From contig CP142731.1 in NCBI GenBank assembly GCA_036630325.1, positions 1 through 64,000 of the forward strand: a stretch of 64,000 nt of DNA. The letters are read 5' to 3'. Position numbers and translations under genes: made by a program. Positions 12,247-24,790 of this stretch are shown here, piece by piece. The notes under the pieces were generated by a model, which worked only from the letters and a program-made list of their open reading frames with translations, had not been told where the DNA came from and ran no database searches. Within the stretch, counting starts at the first letter, position 1. Each line of letters begins with the position of its first letter. The DNA is from Vairimorpha necatrix. Taxonomy: Eukaryota.

Positions 12247-14223
12247 TTAGGTATTACCCGGGAGTTGGCCATTCCTCAGATAGCATTCTATAATGCTTCT
12301 CCCGGGTATTAAAGTTTTATTATAATGCAAGTTGTATTATTAAATCTGCCTCCTTGGGCTTTATCTTTCCTCTTCTAAGGATGCATTGATTGATACTGCT
12401 GATTTCTAGACTCCTCTGTTCTTATTGACATATTTTGGTGGGGGTAAAAATAAAAAGAAAATATTTATATATATGTTAAATTCTAGAAAATTCATTTGGA
12501 GAAAAAATATAATAATGTGGTAAATAATACCACATACTACCTCCTCTAAAGGGTCAGCAAATTAGAATACGGATTCCTTTGAAATCATCAAATAGTTCTT
12601 TCCGCCGTTTCCTAGTAATAGCTGGGTTGGATATTTTAAACCTCAAATCAAGGTATGAGTTCAACTTATCATATTTGAGCTTCTCAGATTCACCGTTTAC
12701 TCCATATCTACATATGCTAAATGGCATCTGCTGCATTTTATTTTTAAGGCAATGTTTTCTGAAAGTGTCAAGATTTAATTTATTTTTATTCTGATAACTA
12801 TCATATTTAGATGTTGCCAAATCTTTTACCTGTTGATGGTTATCTTTAATTTTATCAGGAGGCTTGCTTCTTTCTTTGTTATTTATTTTAATAATTCTTG
12901 AATATATATCATCTGATGGTATCGTATCTTCTGTCCTTTTCACAAAGTCAACTATATTAGTTAAGACTTTAGCTGGAAGATTGTCTATTTTTTATTCAAA
13001 TTCCTTTTAATACAAAGTCGTATTATTTATTCTTTCATTTATACATTTCTGTTTATTGATGTTTTATTTTCTTTTTGTTTCTGAATTAATAGGCAGTCGG
13101 TTTTTTTATGTTTTTCATCCAATTCATCGTTAGGAATTTTCTTTTATCATTAACGATTTTCCTTCTTTTTTTATTTCTCTATCGTTGGCTTTTGGTTTTT
13201 GTAGACGACAATCTCGTGTATCTTGTGATCTTGCTCGATGTATAGAGCACCACTTATCACTTTTAAAGTATCTTCCTGTTTCTTCAGGTCTTTCATAATT
13301 CTCTTTCTTAGATATAAATTGAGATATTCGTGTCCCTTCCAGTTTCGCATGTAAAATAATCATTTCTTCCAAATCTTGTGAATATTTTAATAGCTCGTCC
13401 ATTCCCTTGTTTTTCATTCCTGATTTTAAAACTTCAATGGCAGTTGATCTGTCTAATTTTCTCTCAAAAATCTGTTTCAATCTAACATCATTTCCTTTTT
13501 CGATAGGTTTATAGATAGTCCGTATATTTTAATCATCGACTCTAGTTTCTCATAGTAATCTGCTATACTTCTATAATTTACCTGTTATACAGTTTCCATC
13601 TCTGTTAATAATAAAGCTACATCATTTTTTGGATATCTAAATTCTAGTAGTTCTTTTTTTTGTTTTTTGAAGCTTTTCTTATTTAGCTTATCTTTCACCT
13701 TAGAATCTTCAATCAAAGAATGGTAGATGAGTCCCATCTGCTCATCAGTCCATTTATTGGCCGTTCCTAGCTCTTCAAACAGCTTGAGATGCTTTATGGT
13801 GCAGTCTCGTTTTACATTTTTCGATTTTTTCTTTAACCACTATTGTAGTTCCTTCTGTGGTTTTATCAAATGTGGTATATGCTTCATCATCATTTTGTTT
13901 CTCAGTATTATTACTTTTTTCTGATACTAATGAGCTCATTGAGGTATTACCCAAAAGTTAGCTGCTCCTCAGATAGCATTCTATAATGCTTCTCAGAGTA
14001 TTAAAGTTTATTATAATTAAAGTTGTATTATTAAATCTGCCTCCTTGGGCTTTATCTTCCCTCTTCTGGGGATGCATTGATTGATACTGCTGATTTCTAG
14101 ACTCCTCTGTTCTTCTTGACATATTTTGGTGAGGGTAAAAATAAAAAGAAAATATTTATAGAAAAATAAATTCTAGAAAATTCATTTGGAGGAAAATATA
14201 ATAATGTGGTAAATAACACCACA
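12247..14223 (-). mobile_element. Internally deleted LTR retrotransposon with ~285-bp LTRs
   Basis: Highly similar LTRs at 12247-12534 and 13940-14223, a perfect 5-bp TSD (AATTC), and a PPT-like AGAGGAGGTAGTA before the 3' LTR. Gag-like remnants LFEELGTANKWTD and KWCSIHRARSQDTRDC. No RT visible. Confidence 0.9.
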
Positions 14224-14375
14224 AATTCATATTTAATATAAGAAAATATAGTTTATTTCAGAAAATAACATAATAAATACCATTGTTATAATATATATAA
14301 ATAATCTTTATAAATATATAAAACATAATTATTATTATTATTCTAATAAAAATGAATTAATACGGGATATGCTAA

Positions 14376-14599
14376 TGGTGTTTTATATTTTAGTATATTC
14401 TTAATAGGTTCCGCATTAGCATCTCCTGTTTGTAGGCAGCTTCACGGCTCTTAGTCCTTTTTAAATCGGAACCTTCACACCTCTTTTGTAGTCTATTGGA
14501 ATGCTTTAGTTTGTCTTCTGTTAATCATCTTGATGTACGCTATTAAATTCTTAGAGTATTTGATAGTTAGACCTATTTTTTATTTTATATAATACAACA
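14376..14599. repeat. Dispersed LTR-like repeat, copy 1 of 3
   Basis: Termini TGGTGTTTTATAT...ATATAATACAACA. Core GCATCTCCTGTTTGTAGGCAGCTTC...AGTCCTTTT is shared with ~24716 and ~33176. No TSD. Confidence 0.5.
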
Positions 14600-15046
14600 A
14601 TATTAATATTATATTTTTATTCAAATGTATATATATCTTCTTTATTATACTCTATAAACCATCTTATTTAAATTTTTTTTATATCTTTTTTGTTCAATCA
14701 TAAAATGTTTAAAATATTTTTTTTAAAATATTTTCCTCAAATGAAGATAATTTCAGATCCCTAAATAAATAATTTTAAATATTACAAAAAGATTAGTTTT
14801 ATTAAATATAATAGACAAGATTAATATGAACCTTGCATCGATAAAAAATATTAGGTTCTACAAGGCTTGATCTGATGATTTGTCCTTCATTTAGTATTTA
14901 TTGTAATATAATCCGTTGTATTAATTATCTTTATCTCTAAAAAAGCAAAATTCATTACCGACAATTAAATTACTACACACCTTCTTTTACATGGCCAACA
15001 TGTTTTTTCTAAATATATTTTTTTTATACTAAACTCTAGATTTTTA

Positions 15047-15087
<41 letters not shown>

Positions 15088-15149
15088 ATCATTCTTATTA
15101 CTTTATAGAATTTTATATCTTATATACGTTTTTATGATAATTTTATTTT

Positions 15150-16200
15150 TAAACTCTTTTAATAATTTTTATATAGAATGACAGTCTTCAATTTGGTATT
15201 TATATAATGTTCTAATTATTTATAACTTTACATTTGAAATATTTTGTTTTACTGATTCATCTTAATTATAACTGTAAACAGTATATATGATAATTTGGTA
15301 TCTATTTATAACTAATATATTATCTAAAGTTGAATGTTAACTAATAAAGACTTTCAAAACTGTTTTTAAACTTTGTCTGTATCAGTGTCAATATATACTT
15401 TATATGACAGATATGTAATTGCAATCAATTACGTATGCACAAACTTTCAAATCTTATTATATGCTAAATTTCTTATCTAATAAATTCGCTTTTGGATTTT
15501 TATAAATTTTTCGTAAATGTTAATGATCCTTCATTAGATATTATTTCTAGACATTCTCTTCTTTTCTCATAATATTACTCTCTTCTTGATTTTTATTTAT
15601 TTCCATGTAAGATAAGAGAGAACCATTACATAGAATTTTGTTAACAATAAATTTAACCTCATATGTTTTGTGTAGGTAGTTTATTGATAAATACCAATTT
15701 GATTTTTCATACAAACTAAAGAACGTACATATTGTAAAATTTTTTCGTTTCAGAACATATGTTTTATCTTTTTTTTGTCATTACATCGTCAAGATTCACT
15801 GCTGATAAAAAAACTAATACTTAAAAAAAATTCTAAATTGAAAAACCATGTACATAATTCACTAACACAAATAACACTTATCATTACACGATTTTTTTAC
15901 GCGACTTCTAACATTACTAAAATTTGATCCTGCTTTCTACGAACTTCTTTGACAACCGGTTATTCGAATTTTGGAAATTGGGGATATAGAATTGTATAAA
16001 AGAAAAAAAGATGATCCTAGATAAATTCTTCTAGTCGTTAAATCACCATTAACAAATTTCATTAAACACTGCATCGAGTTTGTTATTAAAAAACTGGCCT
16101 CTTTTTGAAAACACGGTCGATGTAAACATCAATTTTATTTCTATTTGTAAGTGAAGTTGTTCATTAATAGTAAAGTTCTATTTTTGTATTTTTTGAAGCT
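15150..16200 (-). pseudogene. Decayed paralogue of the 724/743-aa protein family (boundaries approximate)
   Basis: Minus-strand fragments VKFIVNKILCNGSLLSYM (~15660-15605) and LIAITYLSYKVYIDTDT...KSLLVNIQL (~15428-15325) resemble FLVQRILLSSGSAINI and LIALCLLLEIEAYINETD / LILSNIAAL, with similar spacing. Confidence 0.4.
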
Positions 16201-16899
16201 CATTGTTACATAAAATTTTTTAATAATTTCAAAAATAAACTTCGTCGTGCGGGGAACGAAAAAAATTTTTTAAAAAAAGTAAATCTTAATAGTCATTATG
16301 GAAAAGCTTGTTACAATGTTTTTTTCTAGTGACGTTAATCTTAAAGATAAAGGACTGGATATTCATTTTATATCTCATAAGTATTTTCAAAATGTTCTAC
16401 ATATTCAGTGTCTACCACAAAAATATAACTTTAAAATTGTTATTAAAGCTACTTTATACAATATACTTATCATTTTTTATACAATAACCATCTCTAATTT
16501 ATATATAAACATTCGTTTTCAGTTTATTAATACTCTATATGTAAATTTTCTTTATATTACACTATTGATTATGTAATTGTATCAGAAAACGGTTTGTTAT
16601 TTTGTTTTAAACAAAATATTTTTTTTATCCACTCTATATATATTACTGATGCAAGTTTTATATTCAAATTGGTTAACTTAAAAATTTCTACATACATAGT
16701 TTTATGTGTATAATGCAAGTTATTTTTGATTTTTAAAGAGTGTGTTTGATAAGCATTATTTTAATGCTTGTATTATATTAAATTTAAGATACGTTTCTTG
16801 TAATTTTCAAATAATAATTAAAAAATATAAATACTTCAAATTATTATATTTTATATAATTTATTTTTTAAGTAAGAATTTATCTCATTTTCGAATTTAC

Positions 16900-17350
16900 A
16901 CAGATACATTGAATCATGCGTCTTAACATAGTATTCTAAACTTATAACAAGTTGATTATATTAATTCGACATAAATTGCACGTATTAAGCGTATTTCACT
17001 TAGGTTTTATAAGGAAGTTTTCATATTTATTTCTTGTCAAGATTTCATCTACAACTGATATTTATTAAAACAATACATCTTTATTAAAGAATCAGTAATA
17101 CTTTAATAAACGAAATTCTTAAAGATTATCAAATGTGTAACCTTATTTTTTTATACGATAGAAGATTTGGTTCGGATTTACGGAACAAACAAATAATAAT
17201 GACAGTATTACTATTTTAAAAATGGTATAATAGAACCTTGTCCTTTACAAAAGAAAAAAAGCTATTGATTAATCTAAAATAAATATTGGACTGTTTCTTC
17301 AAAGAAATTGATTCTTTTATTTTGTAAATATTAATTTCTCGCATATATAT
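16900..17350 (-). pseudogene. Possible second decayed paralogue of the 724/743-aa family
   Basis: Minus-strand fragments EETVQY/FRLIN, KGQGSIIPF and ILSLLFVCS occur in the same order as EVELLFRLL, KRGSAIYL and IFSHLLLC in the intact genes. Frameshifted. Confidence 0.3.
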
Positions 17351-19639
17351 ATTTTCGCCCTTAAAATTATAAATGGCTTGAACATAACATAAAAATTTTT
17401 ATTGTAAGAAACGACATTTCGATAATCTTTCATCTAGGGATTTGTTTTTCTGAAAAATTAAAATTAGTGTACGGAATTTGCTTTTAGAAATTAGAGATAA
17501 GGGCAAAACAAGTTAATTGGTTTTTTCTGCATAATTTATTTTTTGTCAAATTATTTTTAAAGTAACTTATAATGTGAATATAATGTCGTTTTTCTTTTTT
17601 TTATCGAACATAAATATAATATGTGCATTTATTTTAAATATTTAATTTCCAACCAAATCAATCCCAGGAAGGTTCAGTCAAAATTTATGTCTGCATGCAT
17701 TTAATCCATGGTATAATATCTAATGTGAACAATAAATTATATTTAGTGTACAGTTTTATAACTATTTTTAGACCAGTAATTTTTTATTTGTTTTCTTTTC
17801 TATTGTATATATCGTCCACTTCTCTATTTGAATTTAATATGATTTAGATAGTCTAATTATTTGCAAACAGAAAGTATATCTATTAAGGGGTGTAATGCAA
17901 AATAAACCAATTTACTTGTTTTTTAGATATGTTATATTTAAATGATCATTCACCCCATCTTTGAAAAATATTTTCATCTGTGGAATATTTAAAAAATATA
18001 GTATCATAAAATATAAATTTTTCATTGTTAAGATTATGTAATTTAAAAAAAAATGTTAACATAATGAAATCTAAACATATCAAATATTAAATCGCGGAAT
18101 TCTATTACTCTATTGTATATATGTTGTAAAAAAATGATTTTATTTTCAATCAAAATCACAAATAATTTTAATCTCGTTATTTCCAATGTATATTTCCTTT
18201 ATTTCTTAACTTTTGTTCATTTTACTATCTTAAATAACTGATTATTTCTCTTCTATTTTTGGTTTTGTAAGTCAAAATTACTATAATCAGTCCTATAAAA
18301 TATTAATAATTATATCTTTTTACTGACATTATATTTATAGAATAATAAGATACGTAAATTCTATTTTTTAATTTGTCTCTAATTTTGGTTTTTGCCATTA
18401 TCTTGACAAAAAGAACAATAGTTTGGTTGTTTTTAATACATAATTTTCATCGATTGGGTTTTTTAATATAATTTGTTTACTCTTTTTACATATGAAATAT
18501 TTTTTTTTATTAATTAATCGATATTGTTCATAACTCAGAAACAAACATAACTTCTTATTATATATCATTAAAAACACTATTGTTCATTATGTTTAGTCTG
18601 TACGAATAAAATATATGAAGTAATTTATTCTGGGGTATTTCATTCTTTTATACATAGATACATCTGATTGTTGCAATTAACATGAACTTATTAATATGTA
18701 TTTTATTTCTTAGTATATTTATGTATATTTATATTAAGCACTTGGCATCTATATCATATCTACACATAACTTAGTAAAAATTTATAAATTTTGTTGGCAT
18801 TTTGAATTTCTAGTATCATATAATTTTTATTTTATTTTATATATAGACTTCGAGGTTAATTTACGCCCTAAAGAGGGAATATTGTTGTTTTCTTTAATCT
18901 GTTCATTTTTTCTGTGCTTTTCGATCCTTAATAAGTAATCTTTCCTAGTCTTTCCCCAAAAATGTCTTATTTAAGTAAAATGCTAATGACTAATTGAAGA
19001 TATTTAAAACACAAAAAACATTTGTTATATAAATCTTTATATTTCAACATTACAGATATATACCTGCTCATTTTGCCATCTAAAGTCAATCATTGTTTTT
19101 GTCTCATAATATACTTGGCAATAATAGCTAAGTTTTTGGGAAGAGCACGTCTCAGTATGCAATTGACTCGTCACACATAGATCATTTAATTTAGTAGTAT
19201 TGATGGAAAATCTGTTCGAAATACAAATTTCTTAGATCATCTAAGCTCGGTTATATGAATAAATATCTCTAAAACAATGTATTTAACAGTGTTTGTTGAA
19301 TAAACGATTAAACTAATTTTTTTTATTTCTATATTATACATACTAACTTTACTTGTTTGCAAGCGTTAGATATAATTATAATTTTTCAATCGCAAAAAAT
19401 ATTAAATCTACTTTTGAAGTTTGGTACTTACAATACTGTTTATTCTGAATTTTAATATCAGATTATTTTTGTCTTGTCAATATTATTATCTCTTCTTAAA
19501 TATATATATACATATACAAATACATCTCTTCTTAATAATTAGTTAGTCGTTTAAAATATCATTAATAATTACTTTCAAGCCTTCATGATATAGCTAAGTT
19601 CTTTTGTAATGAATTATTTTGGGGTGATTATTTTCCTCA

Positions 19640-20070
19640 GTTAATTATCATGATTTCTTCTTCATCTTATTACATTTGTATATTTACTTGTTGTGTTTGA
19701 AAAATCTAAAATTTAAATCTCTAAAATTAGAAATTATTGCATTTTAGACTAATTATCTTTTCATAATTTTCTTTTCTGTCTTATTGTATATATATATATA
19801 TGTATATAAAATTTTCCTCATTTTAAAAATGAAAATTTCAAAACTCTAAAATTAGAAATTATTGCAAGTTAGACAAATATTTTTTCATGATTTTTATCAA
19901 CTTCTTATTTTTTATAAATGTGTATAAATTCTTTTCATCATGAAAAAAGTAAATCAAAATTATGTCATTTTAGATAATTTATTTTTTCATGATTTTATTC
20001 TTATTCTTGGTATTTGAATATATTTACTTGTCATCCTTGAAAAATTAAAAATTTGGAAGTTCTAAAAACA
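19640..20070. repeat. Degenerate tandem repeat, unit ~110-125 bp, about 3.5 copies
   Basis: CTCTAAAATTAGAAATTATTGCA recurs at ~19719 and ~19844. TTTTCATGATTTT and TATATTTACTTGT also recur periodically. Confidence 0.7.
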
Positions 20071-20189
20071 AAATTTTGACTTATAGCCTATATTTACTTT
20101 AAAATTTCATATTCTTGGCGAGTAGAAGAGAAGATGAAATATTATACATAACTCAAAAGAAAGAGAGTTAATTATCCAATTGATATAAA

Positions 20190-20778
20190 TGTGGTGTTAG
20201 CACCAGGGATGCGGCCTGTTTGTAAATAGCACTCGATGGTGCTCCTCCCTGCAATATGTTTATGATTATTATAATAGTAATATTGTTTATTTATTAAAGA
20301 GTGTTCTCTTGTCCTTCTTGTCCTGTATCAACGGGACTTTGCTATATTTAAAATAGCTTTCTAAATAGTTTTTATTATTATATAATTTATTGATGGTTTC
20401 TCTCTTTCTCTTATACTCCATACCCTTCACAGACAGACTTTCTTTTATATTTTATTTTTAATTTATTATTTCTTGTCAACACTAAACACAAACATTGGCG
20501 TACTTACGAATGTAGTAACGACCATCCAACTTTCGTTTGTTTGTTTGTGTGACTCATCTTGACAGGTCATTTGAAATGCTTGACATGTCTTTAGACATCA
20601 GTGACAGCTGATGGTTTTAGCAGCTGTCCATGTGATGTAGTAATATACATCACACTTCTCATGTTGATCGACCTTAGGGGTAAAATAAAAGGAAAATATT
20701 TATAGTAAAATATTTTCTAGAATATTCGTTTGGAGGGAATATAAAATAAAAATAAGTAATGTGGTAAATAATACCACA
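20190..20778 (-). mobile_element. Solo LTR related to the 12247/13940 LTR family, carrying a nested insertion
   Basis: TGTGGT...ACCACA termini with a perfect TSD (ATAAA). The right ~100 bp (GGGGTAAAATAAAAGGAAAATATTT...TGTGGTAAATAATACCACA) match the 12247 and 13940 LTRs. Confidence 0.8.
20474..20654. repeat. Nested TG...CA repeat (solo-LTR-like), copy A
   Basis: Reverse complement of 22046-22196 (e.g. CACAAACATTGGCGTACTTACGAATG). Flanks TTTCT/CTTCT match 4 of 5. Confidence 0.7.
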
Positions 20779-21319
20779 ATAAAGCATTTCTACTCCCTTA
20801 ACTTCTACCAAATACTTGCGCTGCACTATCTCCGACTTAGCCATTGGGATTTGATTTGGTAAGAATATTTTTATATACAAGCCTCTAATCGCATCATTAA
20901 ATCAATAAATATATTAAAATGAAGATTTTAAAACCTCTGTATAGATTTAGCGTATTAATATTATGTCTATATAAAAATAAATCATCTAGATTCCAGATGG
21001 CTCTTTCTCTTACACAGAACACTAAAAGCAAACTTATTAAACTTCTTTGTAACTAATGAAATAATTGAACAGATCTCCATCTTATACTATATCTTGTTTG
21101 TATAATAACAAACTTCACAAATTTCTACATCAAGAGTGCCATAATCGGCTTTTAGATCCCTATAGAATATACAGCTATGGTATTATGAAACACAGAAGGA
21201 CAAATTATATGTAATAAGAATTTAAAGTGTGAATATATTTAAGAAATTAATGATCAATTCATTACAAGAGATACTTTTCATAATATTTGTTTAGTCTATC
21301 AATTTTGAAATATTATATT

Positions 21320-21448
21320 TAGTGACGTCTGAATGTCCGCGAGTAGATATCTTTATACTTAAAATAAATTTAAATTTTTTCTTACCGAGAATCGAACCTT
21401 GGACCTTCGAAATCCTAAATCAAGGTGCAACTATTCTGCCAAGCACAC
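21320..21448 (-). mobile_element. tRNA-derived SINE-like head or pseudo-tRNA
   Basis: Minus strand has A-box-like TGGCAGAATAG and B-box GGTTCGATTC at tRNA-like spacing, but no intact cloverleaf or acceptor stem. Confidence 0.5.
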
Positions 21449-22045
21449 TTATTAAAAATTTTGTTATCCATTAAGAAAACCAATTATAGTTTAACTTCCT
21501 TTAATTTTTGTTTTCTTTCTATACATAAAGAAAATTTTCAAATTAGTCAGATTGAAAGATCATTAAGCGATTTAACCAAATAATAGAATAATTTACAATA
21601 TTAGTTTTATGCATTCTTATATAAAATAAAATTATATAAGATTTTCTTGATCCCAATATACTTTTTTAATATATATATACTTGTTATACTAAAAAATAAT
21701 ATACACTTTACACGGCAAAAAACAAGTATATATCCTATATTATATACAAAATACTTTCATATGTGATCGCAAATTTTAAGATTTACTGGCATCGTATTTC
21801 AATTTCTCTATTAAATCTGGCAATTTTGTTATTCTTATTTTCCATACCCTCTAAAGTAAATTTTTTTAAATAATTTTTTCAACAAGTTAAAACTGTCATT
21901 TGTAAGAATATGTTTAATATGTATTTGATCTGCTACAACTATATATGAACTACATTCTTTTAAGAATTTAAACTAAAAAATAATAAAAACATATTTATGT
22001 GATTTAACTAATATTCTTTATTGAGATTTTGTTTTTCTTAGATAC

Positions 22046-22196
22046 TGTGATGTACATTACTACAACACTTGGACAGATGTCAAAAATATGTCAACCGTTT
22101 CGGATGGCATGTCAATTTGGGTCACATAATCAAACGAAAGTTGCATGGTCGTTACAACATTCGTAAGTACGCCAATGTTTGTGTTATGTGTTGACA
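22046..22196. repeat. Inverted copy B of the 20474-20654 repeat
   Basis: TGTGATGTACATTACTACA...CATTCGTAAGTACGCCAATGTTTGTG...TTGACA is the reverse complement of copy A. Confidence 0.8.
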
Positions 22197-22199
22197 ACA

Positions 22200-22510
22200 T
22201 ATAAAAGATTTATTAGGTTAATTTATCATTAAGTTAGATTAGCACAGTTTCCCTCGGTATCGCTCACTAGATTCGGCTCTTCATAGACTTTGGTTTCTGT
22301 GGAATTATTTATGTTTTTCAACTCCATATTTTGAGTTTCATTCTCCTATAGTTACAACGCATGTTCAACAGTCGCCATATTCGCTAGTGAGCTTACAGCT
22401 CTACCCACTTCTTTTTCTTCTGCATAATCTTAATCTTATCTTGTTCGTCGTTCAAAGAGATGGACTCTGGAGTTTTCTTCATCACATTAGACTAAATGTA
22501 TGCTTCCAGA
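22200..22510 (-). mobile_element. 3' fragment of an RLE-type non-LTR retrotransposon
   Basis: Minus-strand EAYI*SNVMKKTPESISL is homologous to EAYIQSRVLKMTLESLTM of the 41618 ORF. Confidence 0.6.
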
Positions 22511-24669
22511 AATGTTTAGATTTCTGCAGAATGCAAATAAGATCTTAAAATATAAATATATATGTACACAATAATTATATAGTTTAGAAATAATGAATTC
22601 CTAAACTTTTAAAATTTTACAACTGTAACTATTATTTTGGAAAAAATATTTTATTTTGACATTACGATTGATTTTTAGTAAAAATTTAATTAAATTTTGA
22701 ATTTCTTCAAAAATGTCAAAAGAATTTAAAAAATTTAAAGGCCGTAAAGTATTTCAAAAATTATTATCTGGTCATCTTTTTAATTGAGTTGTTATTCTGT
22801 AGACAAAGAAAAATTAGTAATAAATTTCAAAACAAGATCATCGAATAAAGAGTAATTAACATTTTTGTTTAGTTTTTGATTGTATATTTTTTGATTAATT
22901 TATAAAGTAAAATTTGTTTTATTTTTGCTATTAAATCCTTTAAATTCAAAATATACGCTCTTTTAAATTTTTGTTTATTTTAAATTTCCCTCCTAAAATA
23001 TTAAATAAAATTTTTTTGTTTATGGGCAATGAGAAATCAAAGATTGGATTGGTGCAATAAAGAGATGAGTTAAGTTTGGAGTGACAATAAAGTTTGTGAA
23101 ATTAATACTACTATAAGTAGAGGATTATACAATATCTAATCAAAGACAGTCAATTTTTTTTCTGCTAGTGTAATAATCTTTATATTTTATGCTCATGATC
23201 TTTTTTTATCAACAAATGATTATTATACGAATTATTTACTTCAGAAATTTGAGTACCGTTAGTTATACCAACTTCAATGGACAAGACCTTATAGCGCTTG
23301 CGCATCCCACGTGTCGCGAGAAGTTGAAAAGTTGGAATACAGATGTATACTCAAATTTCCGAAGTATTAAATTGTATAATAATCATTAGCTGATAAATAA
23401 GATCATAAGCATAAAATAAAAAAAATACATTAACAGTGAAAAACCACGGGCTGTCACAAGAATTGTAATTGCAGCTTTTTACTATAATTATATAAAAGCT
23501 CTTCCGCTACATGTGCTTTACCCAAATTAAGTCATATAATCTATTGATAAACATAAGGTTTCTCCGGTCATATATTTCTAGTCCGTAGAAAATAATGATT
23601 TTAATGATCGCATTTATACCTAATTATTGCCAATCAAACATAAGTATGATTATTACATAATCATTGTGATGAATGCATGCGAAAACTTCTATAGATATAA
23701 GTTTACCATTATCTGAATAAATAATTCAATTATTCAGAGGGATATTAGAATTAAGATCAAAATTATAAATATTAGATATTTAGACACAGTTTTACGTAGA
23801 ATAAAAGGCAATTTTAGACATTTCGAGCATTTAAATAATCCTACTTACTAATATTATTCATAGAGCATCAGTCTGATGAATTGTGTGATATGTGTAAACA
23901 AGAATATTTTGATAATTAACTAGTATTTAATTTATGATTATAAGAATTTAAAAAGATAATTTATGAAAACTTTTAAAATGCTTAATATTTTATGTGTCTC
24001 TTCCATGTACTGATATAAATAAATGGTAAAATTCAAAACATTATCATATTTAGTGTTATAACACTATACGATTAACAATGAATATTTTGAATTAAGAAGT
24101 ATGCATAAATATCCCTAATTCTCAATTTGCTATTAATTATAAACAGATGTATAAGGATAAAATTTTAGAAATATCGAAAACAAAATATTAAACAAAAAAG
24201 TATTTTATATATACAATAGAAATTGTTATTAATGAGGTTTCTATATAAAAGATATACAAAAAAATATTAGTTCAAAATGTTAAGTCCTTTTTACTTTTTT
24301 TTGACCTACTACTGATTTAACGAGTATATATTATACGATCAGATATAAAATATTTTCTCTAATAGAAAGATACTAACATAACAATCAGATATATATATAT
24401 ATTTTGTAATTGAAGGTGGTCTAATCATCTCCTGAACAGGTTTGCCAATATTATCATATATTAAAAGTAAGTTTTTCTAAAACTATCCTTTATTAAAAGT
24501 AATTTTGATCTCGTAAAATCAATGAGATATCTTAAGATCAAGATGTTACAACTAATTTTATAATATCTTATATTAGGTCGCAAAATTCTATGTTATACTA
24601 CCATAAGATATCGTTGGGATATAGTTATATTTCGACATAAAAATAAATGAATCTAATTAGGGGATGCTT

Positions 24670-24790
24670 ATTGTAATTTATATTTATAGTATAAAAAGGA
24701 AAGGTTACGCGTTAGCGTCTCAAGCTTGTAGGTTGCTTCTCGTCTCCATAGTCCTTTTCACATCAGCTTCGGTAGTCCAGAGAAATGGTT
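24670..24790. repeat. Dispersed repeat, copy 2 of 3
   Basis: GCGTCTCAAGCTTGTAGGTTGCTTC...AGTCCTTTTCACATCAGCTTCG matches ~14420 and ~33176. Confidence 0.6.

Noticed and set aside
15048-15082. (TA)n microsatellites here and near 25645, 26365 and 49163
   Set aside because: Ordinary slippage repeats in AT-rich DNA.
21378-21448. Functional tRNA gene
   Set aside because: The acceptor and anticodon stems do not pair properly. Kept only as a tRNA-derived repeat candidate.
23189-23389. ORF containing LIALAHPTCREKL, resembling a CoA-transferase C-terminal motif or a Pif1 helicase motif
   Set aside because: The match is too short, ambiguous between unrelated families and has no supporting flanks.
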